NCBI GenBank assembly: GCA_030264375.1 | Contig: JASCQW010000190.1 | Coordinates: forward strand, 99,542,130 to 99,606,129 | DNA length: 64,000 nucleotides | DNA from: Carcharhinus longimanus | Taxonomy: Eukaryota | Direction of reading: 5' to 3' | Part shown: in pieces, positions 59,541 to 64,000 of the stretch | How the letters are laid out: each line of letters starts with the position of its first letter | How positions within the stretch are numbered: position 1 is the first letter of the stretch | Notes under the pieces: model-generated | Told to the model about the DNA's origin: nothing | The model's database searches: none | What the model saw: the letters and a program-made list of their open reading frames with translations, nothing else | Program-made: the position numbers and the translations under genes

Positions 59541-61265
59541 AATGGACAACTTCAGCAGTTATTGGCATATAGTTCTCTTCACAACACTCCAAGCAATCAT
59601 TAAAATTGAATGGAAAGCAATAATGATGAGCAAAAAAAAGTGAAAATACTCATGGACTAATAAAAAAAAATGTAAAGGCAGTGCTCTTGACATTTTTGTT
59701 ACAGCACATACCATACTCAACCTGCCTGTGCTGACAAAATTCATAGCATAATATCTAACTTTAGATGTCATTCTAAAATTGGACAGCATTAGTCGAACAA
59801 TCCCAAGTGTGCTAAGAATTACACTAACAACCAATTTAAGATTATCAGTTGTGCCTGAAACTGCACATTAATGCAGGAACCTGTCCTCTGTTAGCAAAAA
59901 GAAAAATCATGTTCAGTTATTATGCCTTTTGTGAATTAAACAAAACCAAGGAGGGCAATATTTTCCTGGTGCATTCTTTATGGCAATGCATTAACAGATC
60001 AGAATTGACTTGTCAATCAAAATCCCCTTTCCCATGCAGTATAACTTATTGCTTTCTTTAAAATTTGCCACTCTTCCATCTGTTCTAATGAGTGCAAAAA
60101 CTTTGATAGCATTTCTCTTTTTCAGCATTAGTTCATGGATGAATGTTCCTACTGACTGTTTCCATTACATCTTTTTCTTTCTGCTCATTCTCACCTTGCC
60201 TTGCACCTGGTTTCATTTCTTGATCTTTTGCAAATGTCCTGCCCTNNNNNNNNNNNNNNNNNNNNNNNNNNNNNNNNNNNNNNNNNNNNNNNNNNNNNNN
60301 NNNNNNNNNNNNNNNNNNNNNNNNNNNNNNNNNNNNNNNNNNNNNNNNNNNNNNNNNNNNNNNNNNNNNNNNNNNNNNNNNNNNNNNNNNNNNNNNNNNN
60401 NNNNNNNNNNNNNNNNNNNNNNNNNNNNNNNNNNNNNNNNNNNNNNNNNNNNNNNNNNNNNNNNNNNNNNNNNNNNNNNNNNNNNNNNNNNNNNNNNNNN
60501 NNNNNNNNNNNNNNNNNNNNNNNNNNNNNNNNNNNNNNNNNNNNNNNNNNNNNNNNNNNNNNNNNNNNNNNNNNNNNNNNNNNNNNNNAAGGGGCTATCT
60601 CTGTGTGTCACCCTTCCCTCTGCTTTTGTATATCTATTTTGCCCTCCTGTTTCTATTTCCCTCTCTTGATCTGCTGTTTCAGACCACAGAAAGATATTTG
60701 TTGGAATTTCTCAGACAGCCACTTTATTAAATTCATTTTCTTTGTTAATTATTCATTTCTAAGATCAAAGGAAATCTCATTTTGAACAAGTATAAGATTA
60801 ATGTACCCCTTTTGTACACCCATTTATAATATCCAAAAATCCGTTTTGTAAATCTCTTTTAACTTTTACATATACCAAGTAATACAGGTTCATCATAAAG
60901 AAACTGCCAAAACTTGTGAATAGTCTTCACAAAAGACTATTCAAATAAGTCATTTATATAAGGGGTCCTTGAGGATAGCTAGATATCAACTGTTGTCAGC
61001 AGGTGCCCCGTGATGAGAAACAAGTGTTGTGATTGGTTTTAAAACATCGGTGATTCAAGAAGAGATATGTTAATTAATAACCCCAAAACCAAGATTCAGG
61101 CCAAGGTAAAACAGGGAAAGAGTTTTTATTGAAAATGTGGACTGTCTTGGTTGTAGTTTTTGCATTTATGCCAACACTGTGTTCCATTTAGAATGTAATG
61201 GACCCTCTATTAGAATCATGTATCCAAATATTCAAAATCCTGTATATCGATAACACAGTTACATG

Positions 61266-61382
61266 GGGCAGGATTTTACGGCCTCACTCGAGCACAATAC
61301 CACCCGAGGTCAACTGACATTTCCATTGTCCGCCCCTTGCCCGCTCCAATTCCAAGGTGGGTGGGGCAGTAAAATACAGGTG
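61266..61382. mobile_element. PIF/Harbinger-type MITE with 3-bp TSD (ATG)
   Basis: GGGCAGGATTTTAC ... GTAAAATACAGGTG; ATG on both sides (61263-61265 and 61383-61385). Confidence 0.75.
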
Positions 61383-61900
61383 ATGAGCTTTGCAACTTTG
61401 CTTCCCACTAGATTTCGTGCCCCATGAATCATTGTACTCCCTTTTTAGTGGACATCTATTTTGAGGAACAGTGTTGGCATTGAATCTATAAGATACTTTA
61501 GTCCATGAAGACCAAGGGAACATCTTTATCAATTCAAGTTAGTGCAATATTGTTTTCCTGTTTGAACACAGATTATGTATTTGCCCTGTAAAGACCCATA
61601 TTGTGTTTTACCTTGTCCTGGCTCAGTTTTTCATCCACTCTCTGTTTATGTCAAAGTAATGCATTAGTAAAGATGTGCATTGTATGTAAATTTGTGGGTG
61701 TGAAACAGGCTCCTCTGTCAATGGGAATATCCCCTTCTCGATGCTTTAAAATCTATGCTTGAGCTCTTGGAATCAGCCATCAGAAGGAACCTTACTATTA
61801 TTTGAGCTTCCAACCGTGTTAACTAAAAATGTAAGCACTAAATGCGGCCAGCCATCCTAGTAACGGTATTTTAATTTCATCACCAATGGAAAAAGATGTA

Positions 61901-62022
61901 GGGCCAAATTTTCCTGTTCCGCCCACCATGGGAATAGAAGTGGGTGAGGAGCCATGGAAAGGTCAGTTGACCTCAGGTGGGATTTTTCGGTTTTGCGTGA
62001 GCACGGCTAGAAAGTCCCGTCT
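61901..62022. mobile_element. Second copy of the same MITE family in opposite orientation
   Basis: ATGGAAAGGTCAGTTGACCTCAGGTGG is the reverse complement of CCACCCGAGGTCAACTGACATTTCCAT in 61266-61382. Confidence 0.72.
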
Positions 62023-62213
62023 GTTGTCTTTCATAGAAAGCAATGTGCTCACACACAGTCAACTGACTGTTCAGATGGGCCTGTAGTATCACCCTACCTG
62101 CTGTTTGTAATCTGTTGGCAGATTGTTGTTACTATTCTCAGTGTTTGTATTATTATTATTATTAGGGGGTATGTGTATCTCTGAAAGTTCATTTCGTTGT
62201 CCTGGTTCCACAG

Positions 62214-62267
62214 AACATCGCAGCGTCCACCTGAATGTGGAATCAAACGTGAACCCTCCTATAAGGG
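62214..62267 (+). CDS. Candidate 54-nt frame-preserving internal exon of an unidentified host gene
   Basis: Acceptor TTCATTTCGTTGTCCTGGTTCCACAG, donor GG|GTATGT, 18 codons, two open frames (xHRSVHLNVESNVNPPIRx or xTSQRPPECGIKREPSYKG), 3 CpGs inside and 4 more close by in otherwise CpG-poor unique DNA. Confidence 0.5.
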
Positions 62268-64000
62268 GTATGTATACATGTGCACGTACTTATCACACGG
62301 TATCACTTGCGATGATTTCAGGCAATAGTGATTAAACCAGGGGATCAGAAATCTTGGCTGCCTGTAGGAATGCCATTCTTTTAGAGTACACTAATTTACA
62401 GATTGATGCTTAACGAGGAAAATCACATTGGAAATGTGAAAATTTGTAGCAATGAAGTGGAGCACTAAAATAAAAAGTGAATCAGCTGAATCTGATGGTA
62501 ATTAAAAATCTAAAATGATAGATAATTTAAGATAAAGCATTTTGCTATAAAGCAAAACAATGTGTATGAGTAATGAGAATGTCAGCACCAGTTGAGAGGA
62601 AAAATATGTCCATTTATATGTTTGCTTTTCACAGTTGTAATGATTCTGAACTCCTGGTACTGGTCTGCTGTTACAAGGCACACGTCATCCATTCCCCTTC
62701 CAAAATAGTTGAATTGTTATGTTCCCAGACTTGTTTCCTTTAAATATATAGATTTAGAGCTTGCTAAAGAACATTTTAAGGTGACTTAAAGAGACAGTAT
62801 CCTTTAGCCAAGCAAGGTTGTTCAACACAATGTCAAAAAAGATTGAATCTGTCCGGCATGTGGTATCTTATTAAAGTCCTTAAGCCTTTAGGCTAAACAT
62901 CATGTACTTTCTGTAAAAAAAATTGTTTAAATCTTGCAACCACTCAAATAAAAGAGAGCGAGAGAGAGAGTTTCTGCAGTAACGCTGAATCCTAGAAACA
63001 AGAACTACCTTAGCACAAATTTGTGTACTTGAAGTAGAATTGCACTTGGAATGGAGGTTTTCTATAATCTAGTAAACTAATTGGAATTGTGCACAGGAAT
63101 TTGGTGTTTGAGCTATGTTATTTGTCAGTGGTGATTTAAGATGCTTTGCACATATGTCATTTAGAGTAGTGATAGATCGTAATGTTAAAATCCGAGGTCT
63201 TTAGCCTAACAAGGAATACTGTCTCTTTATGACAACAAATGTATGCTTTGAACCAGGATTTTAGATGCATCAGATATTTGACAATTGATCTGATATTTTG
63301 CCTGCCTTTAAAAACGGAAGTCTGCTGCTATTTTGTTCTGTGACTGGATTCACTGTTCCATGAGAGTCATTTGTAATTAAGTCAGCTGAAGTGGCTCGAA
63401 TGTCGGTGAAATCACAAAACAAAACTGCAGTGAAAATGAGCTGAAGTTGACCAGACTGAAGCTTTGTCATGTATGATGACTGATGTGCCTTAACACCTTC
63501 TGGTTTGAACGCGAGTTGTGTGTCAGTGAACAGTGCCCCCCGCTCTCCTCATTAAATGTCACTGTCAGTTTATCGGAACTGCTCTTATGAAGAGGAAATT
63601 TATTATGCTGGAGCTGTCATGCTGTATCTCGTTTTGTATCCAGCTGCATTTTAGGAGTTTTCTGTGACATTTTGATTGTAGTTGGACTTGTTTTCTCTAG
63701 TTTGTTTTCACTTTGTAGCACCATACATTGTGTCCTTTCAAGTTGATAGCACCAGAGCAAAGTCTCTTTTGCTTGCTGTTTCCATGTCAACACATTAACA
63801 AACCTGTTTACTGTCTGAAAGGGGCACTAACCTCAAGCAGTGAAGCCATTCTTTTATTGCCTTGATCATTTTACTATCTCTCTAGCTATTGCCAGTGTGT
63901 TTATTCCTCTGGCCTAAGCTTTTTGCCTTAAATTTATTAATCAACTTATCTCCCCTTCTCCTATATTAAAGAGCACAAATGAATGATGTCCGTAAAGATT

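Noticed and set aside
1-64000. A novel multi-gene system
   Set aside because: There are no intact genes or operon-like structure; recognisable coding remnants belong to known transposable-element classes.

Overview
This is repeat-dense, gapped vertebrate genomic DNA, almost certainly from a shark (probably a carcharhiniform, judging by the HE1-type SINEs). No multi-exon gene, rRNA, true tRNA gene or CRISPR array can be supported, and nearly all listed ORFs are spurious, run through N-gaps or are decayed transposon frames. The window reads as the interior of a very large intron or intergenic region. It holds at least four tRNA-derived SINE types (HE1/V-type, an HE1-head variant with a different tail, Deu-type, Meta-type), many CR1/HER1 and L2 LINE fragments, Penelope-like elements (PLEs), PIF/Harbinger MITEs with two fossil HARBI1-like transposases, and a probable solo LTR. 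I found no convincing new multi-gene system. The best leads are: (i) about 170-210 bp fold-back PLE insertions with 10-12 bp target-site duplications, two of which carry minimal hammerhead-ribozyme cores; (ii) a 12-nt candidate neural microexon and a 54-nt frame-preserving candidate exon on the + strand, which may betray an unidentified host gene; (iii) a 121-bp, 95%-identical inverted duplication next to a PLE end; (iv) a perfect 22-bp palindrome. Family names come from recognising the sequence by eye, not from database searches.
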